From: Cellvibrio sp.
Lineage (GTDB): Bacteria; Pseudomonadota; Gammaproteobacteria; Pseudomonadales; Cellvibrionaceae
Length of the DNA: 64,000 bases
NCBI RefSeq assembly: GCF_039207905.1
Contig: NZ_JBCECX010000007.1
Coordinates: 62,467-126,466 of the forward strand
Direction: 5' to 3'
Below the pieces are notes generated by a model. It was not told the origin of the DNA. It made no database searches and was given only the letters and a program-made list of their open reading frames with translations. Below are positions 35,775-45,467 of the stretch, one piece after another; within the stretch, counting starts at the first letter, position 1; the number at the start of each line of letters is the position of its first letter. Both the position numbers and the translations under genes were made by a program.

Positions 35775-35880
35775 AATGGACTCCGGCGCTAGCTCTGAGA
35801 CCGTGCACAGCATGGATGCTGTGCCCGAGCCTACATGGATGTATTAACGGCGAGTCTCAGAGCTAGTGACGGAGTCCATT
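35775..35880. repeat. Complex ~106-nt imperfect inverted repeat with two internal hairpins (REP/MITE-like element, or a structured terminator/RNA)
   Basis: Outer arms are aatggactccggcgctagctctgagac and gtctcagagctagtgacggagtccatt. Inner hairpins are gcacagcat-gg-atgctgtgc and tacat-gg-atgta, both built on a catggatg core. Confidence 0.6.
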
Positions 35881-35942
35881 GATCCTTCAGAACAACACAT
35901 AGCAGTTAAACAAATCAAGTTAACCATGTCCCAAGGTCCGCA

Positions 35943-37805
35943 ATGAAAAATTTTCGCTTTGCTCCGCTATTCCTCGCTGTAATTACCACATCTACTTTCG
36001 CCGCTACTGAAGAATTGATCGTAACCGGTAGCTACAACCCGGTAACCAATGAGCAACTGTCTTCCTCAGTGTCGGTAATCAACAAAGAAGAATTGCTTCA
36101 ACTCAGCAGCAACAGCGTTGTTGATGCACTACGTCAAGTACCAAGCGTATGGGTAGAAGAGCAAGGTGGCCCTGGCGGCATTACCTCCATCGCATTGCGC
36201 GGTGCAGAAGCAAACCACACGTTGGTATTGCTCGACGGCGTGCAATTGAATGATCCAACGAATACTCGCGGTGGCGCATTTGATTTAAACGCAATTAATA
36301 TCGAATCGATTGAACGCATCGAAATTATTCGCGGTGCACAATCCGCCGTGTATGGTTCCGATGCGCTCGCAGGTGTTATTCACATCATTACCCAACCACC
36401 CGGCAAATCGACTGTTACTGTAAATGCCAGCGTTGGCACTGATGACTACGCCAGCGTGGGTGTAAGCGCTGCAGGAAAAGTGAGCAATATCGGTTACGCA
36501 TTTGGAATCCAAACCAAAGATGCAGGCGAGCCAGTTCCCGGCAGCACTGCAAAAAATACTGAATTCACCAGCCGCTTGAATTGGCAGCAAGAAAATAACT
36601 CCGTAAGTTTTAATTATCGTTATCTGGATGGCGAGCGCACCAGTTTCCCCGAACAAAGCGGCGGCCCTGAATTTGCAGTAGGACGCGATTTGGATAACAG
36701 CGACTACAAAGACCAGAGTGCAGCCTTGAGCTGGGTATCACAAATAAATACTGTCTGGCAAAGCAAAGTGAGCGGCAGTTGGTATCAACGCGATGAAGAC
36801 ACCAGTTCGCCCGGCATCATTCCTTTCGATGCAGTTCCTCCAACTGGATCAGTAATTGATTTTAATCGCACGCAATTCAGCTGGGTCAACACACTGGGCG
36901 ACCAACAAAAATTGTGGGCGAACATCGGGGTAGAAACCAAAAAAGAAGATGGCAACAGCAAAGGCTATTTGTTTGATCCTTCCGTGTATCCAAACAACTT
37001 TGCATTGGATCGCCAAATCGACAGCGCTTTCATTAACCTGAATGCTTACGCAACTGAAGATTGGTTGATACAAGCCAGTATTCGTCGCGACGACGCAGAA
37101 GGTTTTGAAGCCAACGATAGCGGTCAAGTAGGAACCAAATTCGCATTGGATGATAACTGGACTCTGTTCGCCAACTGGGGCGAAGGATTTAAATTACCAA
37201 GCTTCTTCGCATTGGGTCACGCACTCGTCGGTAATACCGAACTGCAACCAGAAACAGTTACCACCCGCGATGCCGGTGTTGAATTCACCAGTGAGAACGT
37301 CAGTGGGCGCATTAGCTATTTCGATAATCACTACCGCAACCTGATCGATTTTGATTCCGAAACCTTTAAAAATGTTAACCGCTCGCGCGTAGAAACCAGC
37401 GGTGTTGAATCCGAAATTAATTGGCAAGCACAAGAGAATCTTAGCTTGCGCGCCCACGCCAGCTACACCGATATCGACATGATTTCATCCGACAACCATT
37501 TGCTCGGCCGCCCGCAATACACCTACGGCACATCCGTTCACTACGCGCTGAATGACCAATGGCAATTCAATGTGAATTACTTGCGTGTGGATGATCGCTT
37601 TGCTGTGACCCGCTATGCAGGTGAGGATGATGAACAGGTACTTGATGCCTACAACCGTATCGATGCAAGCGTGCAGTGGCAAATCAATAAACTTACACAG
37701 ATAGGTTTATCAGTAGAAAATCTGGCAGATGAAAATTACTACACCGATATTGGTTTCCCGGCGGCGGGTGCCAGTGCCAAGTTGAATTTAAAGCTCCAGT
37801 TTTAA
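35943..37805 (+). CDS. TonB-dependent receptor, BtuB-sized (620 aa)
   Basis: Signal peptide; plug region (LIVTGS..SSSVSVINKEEL..ALRGAEANHTLVLLDGVQLND..IERIEIIRGAQSAVYGSDALAGVIHIIT); C-terminal Phe (LNLKLQF). Confidence 0.85.
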   Translation: MKNFRFAPLFLAVITTSTFAATEELIVTGSYNPVTNEQLSSSVSVINKEELLQLSSNSVVDALRQVPSVWVEEQGGPGGITSIALRGAEANHTLVLLDGVQLNDPTNTRGGAFDLNAINIESIERIEIIRGAQSAVYGSDALAGVIHIITQPPGKSTVTVNASVGTDDYASVGVSAAGKVSNIGYAFGIQTKDAGEPVPGSTAKNTEFTSRLNWQQENNSVSFNYRYLDGERTSFPEQSGGPEFAVGRDLDNSDYKDQSAALSWVSQINTVWQSKVSGSWYQRDEDTSSPGIIPFDAVPPTGSVIDFNRTQFSWVNTLGDQQKLWANIGVETKKEDGNSKGYLFDPSVYPNNFALDRQIDSAFINLNAYATEDWLIQASIRRDDAEGFEANDSGQVGTKFALDDNWTLFANWGEGFKLPSFFALGHALVGNTELQPETVTTRDAGVEFTSENVSGRISYFDNHYRNLIDFDSETFKNVNRSRVETSGVESEINWQAQENLSLRAHASYTDIDMISSDNHLLGRPQYTYGTSVHYALNDQWQFNVNYLRVDDRFAVTRYAGEDDEQVLDAYNRIDASVQWQINKLTQIGLSVENLADENYYTDIGFPAAGASAKLNLKLQF

Positions 37806-37822
37806 TAACTATCCCGGTAATC

Positions 37823-37857
37823 AAAAGCCGCACAGGCATAACCTGTGCGGCTTTTTT
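37823..37857 (+). terminator. Rho-independent terminator after the BtuB-like TBDR
   Basis: 11-bp stem (agccgcacagg / cctgtgcggct) followed by TTTTTT. Confidence 0.85.
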
Positions 37858-38134
37858 ATGGAATGAATCATTTAGAACAGACAGCTGAGTGATGCAGGAG
37901 TCAAAATTTAATAATAGATCAGCATCCAAGTTGACTATCTTAAAAATCTCGATCAAGATCGCGCCAGAAAAAATATGAAAGTCTCCTACAGAGACTCACA
38001 CGAGACATCAGCATCCTCTCCTACCCTTCTACAAAAACCTCTAGGCAACTGCTGAAACATTCATTTGTTTGCGTTGGATTCGCTGAACTAATTTTTAGCG
38101 ACTCAATTTATTTCTATTCCAAAGAGGCAGAAAA

Positions 38135-39853
38135 ATGTATAACAAAGTCGCATTAATCTTACTTACGTCCAGCTTATTCACTGCATGTGGTGGAGGCGGA
38201 GGTGGCTCAACAGGCACGCCAACTCCAACAACATCAAGCGCAGCCTTAAGCTCGACTCCCGTAGTAAGCTCCAGTTCCAGCTCAAATAGTAGTTCAAGTG
38301 CAGCGGCAGTGGTTATTCTCCAAGGGCAATTTAAAGATAACAACGTAACTGGCCTTCAGTTTATATCTGGCAACCAATCCGGTGTCACCAACGCTAGTGG
38401 TACATTTACTTACGAACAAGGTAAAACCGTTACTTTTTCAATTGGAGCACTAACGTTGGGTACGGCGCAAGGTAAGGAGTTGATAACTCCTATCGATTTA
38501 ATTACCGATGGTAGTTCGGATGATGTAGCGGTACAGAATCTTGTGCGCTTGCTGATAATGTTGGACGCCGATGGCTACACACCGAACGGCATTCAAATTT
38601 CTTCAGCGGTACAAACAGCCGCAAATAGTTGGGCGCAAGTTGATTTTAGCTCCGTTAATTTCTCTTCCGATGTAATAAATCTTATGGCTGCAGCAACTGC
38701 TGCGGATAGCGGCGCACACAGCCTTCCCGATGCAGCTGCAGCAAAAATGCATTTAGATTCAACACACAGGTGCAGTTATTCAGGGGCGTACAAAGGAATA
38801 TCAAATACCGCAGCTAATGAACACCAAGGTTTTATCGTTGATGCGCTAGAGGGAAATGTATCTGGTGTTTTGTATAGCGATGCGAATAATGGTTTTACTG
38901 AGTTTACCAATATCACCAAGATCCAACCCAAGCAGCAGATATCATTTTCGATTGGTAATAACAGCACTACTTACGCAGGCGAATTTACGTCGTTAAATAC
39001 CATAACTGGAACATGGCAAAAGAATAATGATAAGGGTACATTTACCGCTACACGATTAGCAAGAACAGCCAATGCTATTTATCGTTTCTCCGCCAGTTAC
39101 ACGGGAACAACATCCGGACTATTTACATTCGATATAGATCAGGCGAATAAAATCACTGGCTCACATTACGATGTAAAAACTAACACAGAAGAATCGATCA
39201 ACGGAACTTTGATCGGTACAAAGCTGACTGCAACGACTGCGAAGGGAATTCAAATCCAGGGCATGCTAAGTACCGATACCGGAACACTAAGCGGCACTTG
39301 GTCAGACACCAGCAAAGGTGCATCGGGAAGTTTTTCTGGCAGCGGCTGTCAATTAAACCCTGTTCCACTTTCAATCAACGGTTTTCGCTCATTCAAAACT
39401 GGCCGAGATACAGGCACAGTTCAACTGATTCCCGCATCAGGAACTGATCCACTTATTTTGTTGGATGGCATTCCCGTGGTGAGAGTTCGGATGAATGTAA
39501 ACCCGTGGGGTGAAATGTCATTTCCAATCAGTGGGTTTGATCAAACTGGCGAAGCGGCGCAAGTGAGTTTAGCTAGCTCCCGCTTTATCGACATTACCTA
39601 CCAATCGAATCAAAGCGTTAATCTGCAATTACGCCAATATGCTGTTCACGGTGGCACGCACAATCAAATAACCTTACCAGCAGCAGCTACATTTACCACA
39701 GTGCGGATTCCTTTCAGCGACTTTAAAGGCGGATTATCAACACTGGATTTAACCAAAGTGGCGAAATTTAACTTTGCACTGCTCAGTAACAATCCGAATG
39801 ACGGCTACGCAGAACTGATTGTTAAGAATTTTAAAATCGAAAACTTTAATTAA
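38135..39853 (+). CDS. Lipoprotein with a Gly/Ser-rich linker and a C-terminal CBM-like (CIA30/CBM11-like) beta-sandwich; function unknown
   Basis: Lipobox LFTAC followed by GGGGGGS and a poly-Ser linker. Repeated G(T/S)W...G.F modules are present. The C-terminus (NFALLSNNPNDGYAELIVKNFKIENF) resembles carbohydrate-binding sandwiches. Confidence 0.6.
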   Translation: MYNKVALILLTSSLFTACGGGGGGSTGTPTPTTSSAALSSTPVVSSSSSSNSSSSAAAVVILQGQFKDNNVTGLQFISGNQSGVTNASGTFTYEQGKTVTFSIGALTLGTAQGKELITPIDLITDGSSDDVAVQNLVRLLIMLDADGYTPNGIQISSAVQTAANSWAQVDFSSVNFSSDVINLMAAATAADSGAHSLPDAAAAKMHLDSTHRCSYSGAYKGISNTAANEHQGFIVDALEGNVSGVLYSDANNGFTEFTNITKIQPKQQISFSIGNNSTTYAGEFTSLNTITGTWQKNNDKGTFTATRLARTANAIYRFSASYTGTTSGLFTFDIDQANKITGSHYDVKTNTEESINGTLIGTKLTATTAKGIQIQGMLSTDTGTLSGTWSDTSKGASGSFSGSGCQLNPVPLSINGFRSFKTGRDTGTVQLIPASGTDPLILLDGIPVVRVRMNVNPWGEMSFPISGFDQTGEAAQVSLASSRFIDITYQSNQSVNLQLRQYAVHGGTHNQITLPAAATFTTVRIPFSDFKGGLSTLDLTKVAKFNFALLSNNPNDGYAELIVKNFKIENFN

Positions 39854-39868
39854 TAAAAATCAATAGAT

Positions 39869-39900
39869 AAAAAAAGCGATTCCCTGCATGGGAATCGCTT
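39869..39900. terminator. Hairpin terminator between convergent genes (U-tract only on the minus strand)
   Basis: 11-bp stem (aagcgattccc / gggaatcgctt) preceded by an A-run on the plus strand. Confidence 0.7.
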
Positions 39901-39944
39901 CATTGAAACCATTTAAAACTGAAAATACTACTGCGAGCTCAATA

Positions 39945-41204
39945 TTACTTTTCGTAAAAATCCAAATCTGTCGCAAAGGTTTCACGCACAAAATAGAGTG
40001 TGATAAACGTAATCAGCATAATGCCAGCCCCTACCCACATAAAGCTGGTAATGATGTCGCCGCTATTTGCCGCAACCACGAGGCTGTATACCCAGGCAAT
40101 AGGAACCAAGGAGCCGCGCGCGAAATTAGGTACACTGATCGCAGAGGTTGCACGCAAATTAATGCCAAACTGTTCGGATGCATTGGTCACAAACAGCGCC
40201 CAAAACCCGACAGAAAAACCGAGCAGAAATATCGCGGTGTAGAACACAGTGCTGCTAACATCATTCAAATTCAGATAGACAAAAATCATCAGCGTACAAA
40301 TAGCATAGAACAACCCAAACGCTTTCTTGCGGCTGCGCATTAATTGGCTCGCAGAACCAGACGCAAAATCACCTAGCACCAAACCAGAATAGGCCAACAA
40401 AATACACAGATTTTGTGCAATGCTGCCATTCACATTCAGCGTCTTTGCAATCTCGGGCGCACGCGCAACCAATAATCCGATCACAAACCATGTTGGTAAT
40501 CCGAGCAAAATAGTTTTGAGAAAACGCAAAAAACGCTCGCGCGTGGCGAACATCATGAAGAAATTTCCTTGCCGAATATCCGGCGCATGTTCTTTTTTGA
40601 ACATCGCACTTTCATAAGTGCCGATACGTAATACCAGCAAGCCAAGTCCAAGTACACCGCCAATAATGTAAGAGTTTTGCCAGCTGGTAAATTCCGCGAC
40701 CAACGCGGCAGCAACTGCACCCGCGACACCAACGGAAGCCACAATCATAGTGCCGATTCCGCGCCGGTTTTTATCCATCAACTCTGCCACCAAACAAATT
40801 CCAGCGCCCAATTCGCCTGCGAGTCCGAAGCCAGCAATAAACCGCAATACCGCATAGGTTTGCATATCGGTGACAAAAGCATTGGCGAGATTGGCAAGCG
40901 AATAAAGAATGATGCTACCGAACAGCACCGCGAGACGGCCTTTTTTATCGCCAATAATTCCCCAGGCGATACCGCCGATCAACATGCCCAACATTTGGAT
41001 ATCGAGCAGGTGTTGGAATTGTTGGAGGATAATCGCAGGCTGGTCAGCCCACTGGGGGTTGATGTCCGCGATACTTTGTTTGCCGATTACCAGAAACAAA
41101 ATAAGGTCGTAGACATCTACAAAGTAGCCAAGCGCAGCTACGATAACAGTGGTATTAAGGATTTTTTGAGTCGCCGCGGGCGCGGCAATGCTGGTGGTGT
41201 TCAT
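39945..41204 (-). CDS. MFS transporter (metabolite:H+ symporter-like), substrate unknown
   Basis: Twelve hydrophobic segments; GDKKGRL and RRG loops. The start was re-chosen at ATG 41204 (MNTTSIAAP...). The ORF-track start at 41339 would overlap the upstream gene by 50 nt. Confidence 0.8.
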   Translation of the reverse strand: MNTTSIAAPAATQKILNTTVIVAALGYFVDVYDLILFLVIGKQSIADINPQWADQPAIILQQFQHLLDIQMLGMLIGGIAWGIIGDKKGRLAVLFGSIILYSLANLANAFVTDMQTYAVLRFIAGFGLAGELGAGICLVAELMDKNRRGIGTMIVASVGVAGAVAAALVAEFTSWQNSYIIGGVLGLGLLVLRIGTYESAMFKKEHAPDIRQGNFFMMFATRERFLRFLKTILLGLPTWFVIGLLVARAPEIAKTLNVNGSIAQNLCILLAYSGLVLGDFASGSASQLMRSRKKAFGLFYAICTLMIFVYLNLNDVSSTVFYTAIFLLGFSVGFWALFVTNASEQFGINLRATSAISVPNFARGSLVPIAWVYSLVVAANSGDIITSFMWVGAGIMLITFITLYFVRETFATDLDFYEK

Positions 41205-41289
41205 GGTATTTATCTTTATTGTGAACAAAAAGGAAGCGCATTGTACAAAGACTTTACTGCCGTAGGTAGCCCTCCCTGACATGCACCAT

Positions 41290-42057
41290 TTATGGGCGAC
41301 GCAAATGAAACTCCTGTTGTAAAACAGCGTCCAGCTCACTTGCTTCCACTTCTGTAATTAGCTCCTCACTGCCGCGCAATTGTTTTAGCTGGTTGCCCGA
41401 CAACAGAGTGCGCCCGTCTGGCCGCTGCAGCATTACCAAATAACGCTGTACAAAAACAGCATCAGGGTGCGTTGAGTTGTAGTAATTGGCTAGCGAGAAA
41501 TCAATCATTTCCATGGGATAAAAATCAAAACCAAATTGGTTTGCCCATTCACCTTTAACCAAAGCCTGCAATACAAATTCATCGCGTTCGTTTTTACAAA
41601 GCCTAAAGGTTTCATTATCTTGCTGAACAATTTCACCTAACTGATGCAACCCAAGCGGAGCGCGTAAACCAAAGCTGCCAAAACCGGTATCGCATAACCA
41701 GCGCTGATCACCCATTTTTACTACCAATACCATGTGACTTTTTGGACGGCGATAAGGATAAAACATCGGGCGCGCACCGATAATATCGAACTCAAACCCG
41801 ATGGTGGTCAACGCCATGGAAAATAAACCATTGACTTCATAGCAGTAACCGCCGCGACCGGAATACACAATTTTATTCACTATGTCTTCCGGCACCAGCG
41901 ATACAATTTTTCTGGCTTGCACATCGAGATTTTCAAAAGGCACTGATTGCAATTGGGCACGCATTAATTTCACCAGCACATCTAGACTGGGTTCTACATT
42001 CCCGACAAAACCGATACGGGCAAGGTAGTCATTCAGAACAAAATTGGTAGCCTGCAT
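41290..42057 (-). CDS. Arylamine N-acetyltransferase (NAT/NhoA family)
   Basis: DYLARIGF...PFENLDV...GRGGYCYEVNGLF, including the catalytic Cys motif. Size is 255 aa. Confidence 0.85.
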   Translation of the reverse strand: MQATNFVLNDYLARIGFVGNVEPSLDVLVKLMRAQLQSVPFENLDVQARKIVSLVPEDIVNKIVYSGRGGYCYEVNGLFSMALTTIGFEFDIIGARPMFYPYRRPKSHMVLVVKMGDQRWLCDTGFGSFGLRAPLGLHQLGEIVQQDNETFRLCKNERDEFVLQALVKGEWANQFGFDFYPMEMIDFSLANYYNSTHPDAVFVQRYLVMLQRPDGRTLLSGNQLKQLRGSEELITEVEASELDAVLQQEFHLRRP

Positions 42058-42098
42058 TTTTCTCTCTTACTCAGGTTGGGTGAATCACGCGGGTGAAA

Positions 42099-42124
42099 CA
42101 AAAAAGCCCCGATTAATCGGGGCT
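42099..42124 (-). terminator. Rho-independent terminator of the S41 peptidase gene
   Basis: Stem agccccga / tcggggct with loop ttaa. An A-run on the plus strand gives the U-tract on the minus strand. Confidence 0.8.
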
Positions 42125-42144
42125 CAATTCAATAACTGCATTTA

Positions 42145-43812
42145 TTACTTTGGAAGGTACATTAATTTATTTTTCAATGCTTCCGTTTTAATTAACTGCC
42201 CATCAACTTCTTGCAACGGCGCAGATGTTTTTTGCAGAACGCCAACCGAGGATGCTCCTGCTGGGCAACGATTATTGGTACGATGATAAAGCGCCGCCGC
42301 TAAACGTGTTTCCGCCGGATCGCCCAACTGGTGGGAAAAATCATCAGCAACGGAACAACCCAGTACACGCGCTTTACCGTCGTCAACTGATGCGGGAGAA
42401 AAACCATCGCTGTAATCACCAAAGTTTTTCGCATTCACGCCGCGAAATTGCACAGTGAAATAAGTCGTACCGCAATTGGGCTGCGGATAAAAGCCATAGG
42501 GCTTACCGCAAGTAGTGCGTCCAATTTGAATTACCTGAATACCAACACCGCGCAAACCATTCATCAATGCTTCACTGGCGGAACAAGTATCACTACTGGT
42601 AAGTACATAGACACGTTTTAAATCCAGGCTCGGTAATGCCTGCCCCTGACTCACTGAAAGCCCGATTGATGTCGAATAAAATGGTTCTGGTGCGAGAGTT
42701 TCACCCGTAACAGGATCTCTCACCGTATGCTTATCATTGAATTGTAATTCTTCAAAGGTTTTGCCCACTGTTGGTGAGTAACCCGCAATCATGTAGGCAA
42801 GCTGACTGGCAATGGCAAGATAACCACCGCCGTTGTAACGCAGATCCAACACCAAATCAGTTACACCGGCCGCATCCAATTGATTCACCGCATCAATCAA
42901 ACCTTGCTCTGCAGGTGCAATGTGATCATTAAACGTGAGATAACCCACTTTTCCGGTTGGGGTATCAATAGTTTTTACGTTTTGTACCGGCACATTAGTT
43001 ACGCTGGCAGATTGCAATACCACATCGCGCACTACACCCGACTCGTCGATGGTGAATGTATGTGCCTGACCGATGACAGAAGGAGACAAGCCAGCATTTA
43101 ATTTATCGATATCTGAATTGGTATTACTGTTAATTAAATCTACGCCATCAATTTTTAATAATTTTGCACCACGTTTTATCGATGCCATTGCCGCAGGTGA
43201 ATTGGGTTGAGTGTAGGCAACTATTAATTCCCGTGGAGGTACGGCAGAAATCCAACTCAGCTCCAAGCCATAACCATAGGTGATGCCCGAACCAGACAAA
43301 CGCTCCCACTCATCAGAACTGTAGGTGAAATGGAACTGATCTTTCGGTGTTCCCGAGGTAGTCACTGCCATGGTTTTGAGCAAACCAAAATAGTCGAGTG
43401 TGTCTTTGTAATCAGCGGGATTAAGATCAGGAATTTCCTTGTACCAGAGGTAAGTGTCGTTACTCCAGGAACGTAAAAAATTATTTTCGTCGCGATAACT
43501 ACCTTTAGCATCAGGATAAGCCGAGCCAGTCAGCGGATCTGTCCCCCTGCGCGGGATTGCGCAACGATTGGCATATTCACCTGCGTCTTTGTAAACACCA
43601 GCGGTCCACCCGCCACTGCCTGTGAATGGATTGCCACCGGAATTATTATTGCCGCCAACGCTTCCACTATCCTCATTGGTGCTGCCACCACAAGCAGTCA
43701 GCGTAACCAGAGCGCCCAGTAGCGCCACAGATTTCAGTTTTTGTGTAAAGCAGACAGCAACAGAGGTGGCAACCTGAGCGCCTAAAAGCCGGGGAGAAGA
43801 TGAATCTTTCAC
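42145..43812 (-). CDS. S41-family peptidase lipoprotein with a PDZ-like domain
   Basis: Lipobox LTACGG; IKRGAKLLKIDGVDL; DLRYNGGGY; TCSASEALMNGLRG. The GTG start is uncertain. Confidence 0.8.
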   Translation of the reverse strand: MKDSSSPRLLGAQVATSVAVCFTQKLKSVALLGALVTLTACGGSTNEDSGSVGGNNNSGGNPFTGSGGWTAGVYKDAGEYANRCAIPRRGTDPLTGSAYPDAKGSYRDENNFLRSWSNDTYLWYKEIPDLNPADYKDTLDYFGLLKTMAVTTSGTPKDQFHFTYSSDEWERLSGSGITYGYGLELSWISAVPPRELIVAYTQPNSPAAMASIKRGAKLLKIDGVDLINSNTNSDIDKLNAGLSPSVIGQAHTFTIDESGVVRDVVLQSASVTNVPVQNVKTIDTPTGKVGYLTFNDHIAPAEQGLIDAVNQLDAAGVTDLVLDLRYNGGGYLAIASQLAYMIAGYSPTVGKTFEELQFNDKHTVRDPVTGETLAPEPFYSTSIGLSVSQGQALPSLDLKRVYVLTSSDTCSASEALMNGLRGVGIQVIQIGRTTCGKPYGFYPQPNCGTTYFTVQFRGVNAKNFGDYSDGFSPASVDDGKARVLGCSVADDFSHQLGDPAETRLAAALYHRTNNRCPAGASSVGVLQKTSAPLQEVDGQLIKTEALKNKLMYLPK

Positions 43813-43968
43813 GTGAAATTTCCTTAATATCCTATAAGCCGGGCGCGATCTGCCGGCGGGAACCCGCAGGATAAAAGAAAAATGTGGATAAAACTACCGC
43901 ACCATAAAAGGAGATAGGACTTGTGGGAACCATGCCACAGAGGCATGGGCTCAACAAATCGTGCCAAT

Positions 43969-44017
43969 AAAAAAGCCGCCATGCATCTCGTCTTTAAAGA
44001 GTTGATGATTGGCGGCT
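43969..44017 (-). terminator. Terminator-like hairpin downstream of xylA
   Basis: Imperfect 13-bp stem (gccgccatgcatc / gatgattggcggc). An A-run on the plus strand gives the U-tract on the minus strand. Confidence 0.55.
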
Positions 44018-44070
44018 AAGGCTTTGCTAGAAAAACCGGTTAATACAATTCGTTAATTAAACTGCGTAAA

Positions 44071-45402
44071 TTAACGGATGTAACGGTTGATTACGTTTTC
44101 GTACAGTTCTTGTCTGCCGCTTTGCAGCGTGATTTCGCCGCCGTTATTGCCCAACTCGGCCAATTGTTGCAAGGTCAGTTTGCCTTGCTCGTAAGCGGCG
44201 CCGTTGCCTGCATCGAATGATGAGTAACGCTCTTTGCGCATGCCTTCCAATGGTGATTTTTGCAGCAAGCTGTCAGCGATCAACAATGCGCGCGCAAAAG
44301 TATCCATACCACCGATATGGCCGTAGAACAGGTCGATAAAGTCTGGTGAGTTACGACGCGCTTTCGCATCGAAGTTCACACCGCCACCTTGCAAGCCGCC
44401 GCTGCGCAACAACACCAACATCATCTCAACCGTTTCGTTGATGTTGTAAGGGAACTGGTCGGTATCCCATGCGTTTTGGTAGTCGCCGCGGTTAGCGTCC
44501 AATGAACCCAACATGCCAGCGTTTGCTGCTGCTTGCATATCGTGGCACATGGTGTGACCAGCGAGAGTCGCGTGGTTGGTTTCCAGATTCAATTTAAAAT
44601 CTTTATCCAGACCGTGGTGACGCAAGAAACCAATTACAGTTTCAGCATCAAAATCGTATTGGTGCTTTGATGGCTCCATTGGTTTTGGCTCAATGAAGAA
44701 CACACCTTTAAAGCCCTGGCCGCGCGCGTAATCGCGAGCCATAGTCAGGAAGCGCGCCATGTGCTCTTGTTCGCGTTTCATGTCGGTATTAAGCAAGCTC
44801 ATGTAACCTTCACGGCCACCCCAGAATACGTAGTTCTCGCCACCAAGTGCGATGGTTGCATCCAACGCATCTTTCAATTGCGCACCAGCGTAAGCAACCA
44901 CATTGAAATCAGGGTTGGTAGACGCACCGTTCATATAACGTGGATTAGAGAACAGGTTTGCAGTGCCCCACAGCAATTTCACACCGGATGCAGCTTGTTT
45001 TTGTTTTGCGTATTCAACGATAGTTTGCAAACGCTTGGAAGTTTCAGCGCGAGTTGAACCTTCGTCGATCAAATCGATATCGTGGAAGCAGTAATAAGGA
45101 GTGCCGAGCTTGGTGATGAACTCAAATGCCGCGTCCATTTTTTCGTGTGCGCGCGCAACTGCATCAGCAGTTGAAGACCATGGAAACACTTTGGTGCCCG
45201 GGCCGAAAGGATCATGACCAGCGCCACAAAAGCTGTGCCAGTAGCAGGTGGCAAACTTGAAATGTTCTTTCATAGTTTTGCCGGCAACAACACGATTTTC
45301 GTCGTAGTATTTAAACGCTAAAGGATTGTCAGAATCAGCGCCTTCGTAACCGATTTTGCCAACGCCGGGGAAATATTCTTTACTGCCGAGAACAACGCTC
45401 AT
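44071..45402 (-). CDS. xylA: Xylose isomerase (class II)
   Basis: [43 protein letters not shown]. The start was chosen at the ATG preceded by AAGGTG; the ORF-track GTG at 45411 is an alternative. Confidence 0.95.
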   Translation of the reverse strand: MSVVLGSKEYFPGVGKIGYEGADSDNPLAFKYYDENRVVAGKTMKEHFKFATCYWHSFCGAGHDPFGPGTKVFPWSSTADAVARAHEKMDAAFEFITKLGTPYYCFHDIDLIDEGSTRAETSKRLQTIVEYAKQKQAASGVKLLWGTANLFSNPRYMNGASTNPDFNVVAYAGAQLKDALDATIALGGENYVFWGGREGYMSLLNTDMKREQEHMARFLTMARDYARGQGFKGVFFIEPKPMEPSKHQYDFDAETVIGFLRHHGLDKDFKLNLETNHATLAGHTMCHDMQAAANAGMLGSLDANRGDYQNAWDTDQFPYNINETVEMMLVLLRSGGLQGGGVNFDAKARRNSPDFIDLFYGHIGGMDTFARALLIADSLLQKSPLEGMRKERYSSFDAGNGAAYEQGKLTLQQLAELGNNGGEITLQSGRQELYENVINRYIR

Positions 45403-45467
45403 AATTTTCACCTTAAGGTTTTTTACTAAACTAATTTAAGTACGCCTATCACTCAGTGGAACATTGT

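Noticed and set aside
35743-35942. Possible cobalamin riboswitch upstream of the BtuB-like receptor.
   Set aside because: No B12-box/GCCACTG-like core or the expected conserved helices are visible. The structure present is a symmetric inverted repeat instead.
43921-44019. Short ORFs (15 aa from GTG 43923, or 32 aa from TTG 43921) preceded by a strong AAGGAG Shine-Dalgarno-like sequence, between the S41 peptidase gene and xylA.
   Set aside because: They are too short and lack homology support. They overlap the xylA terminator hairpin. They cannot be supported from sequence alone.
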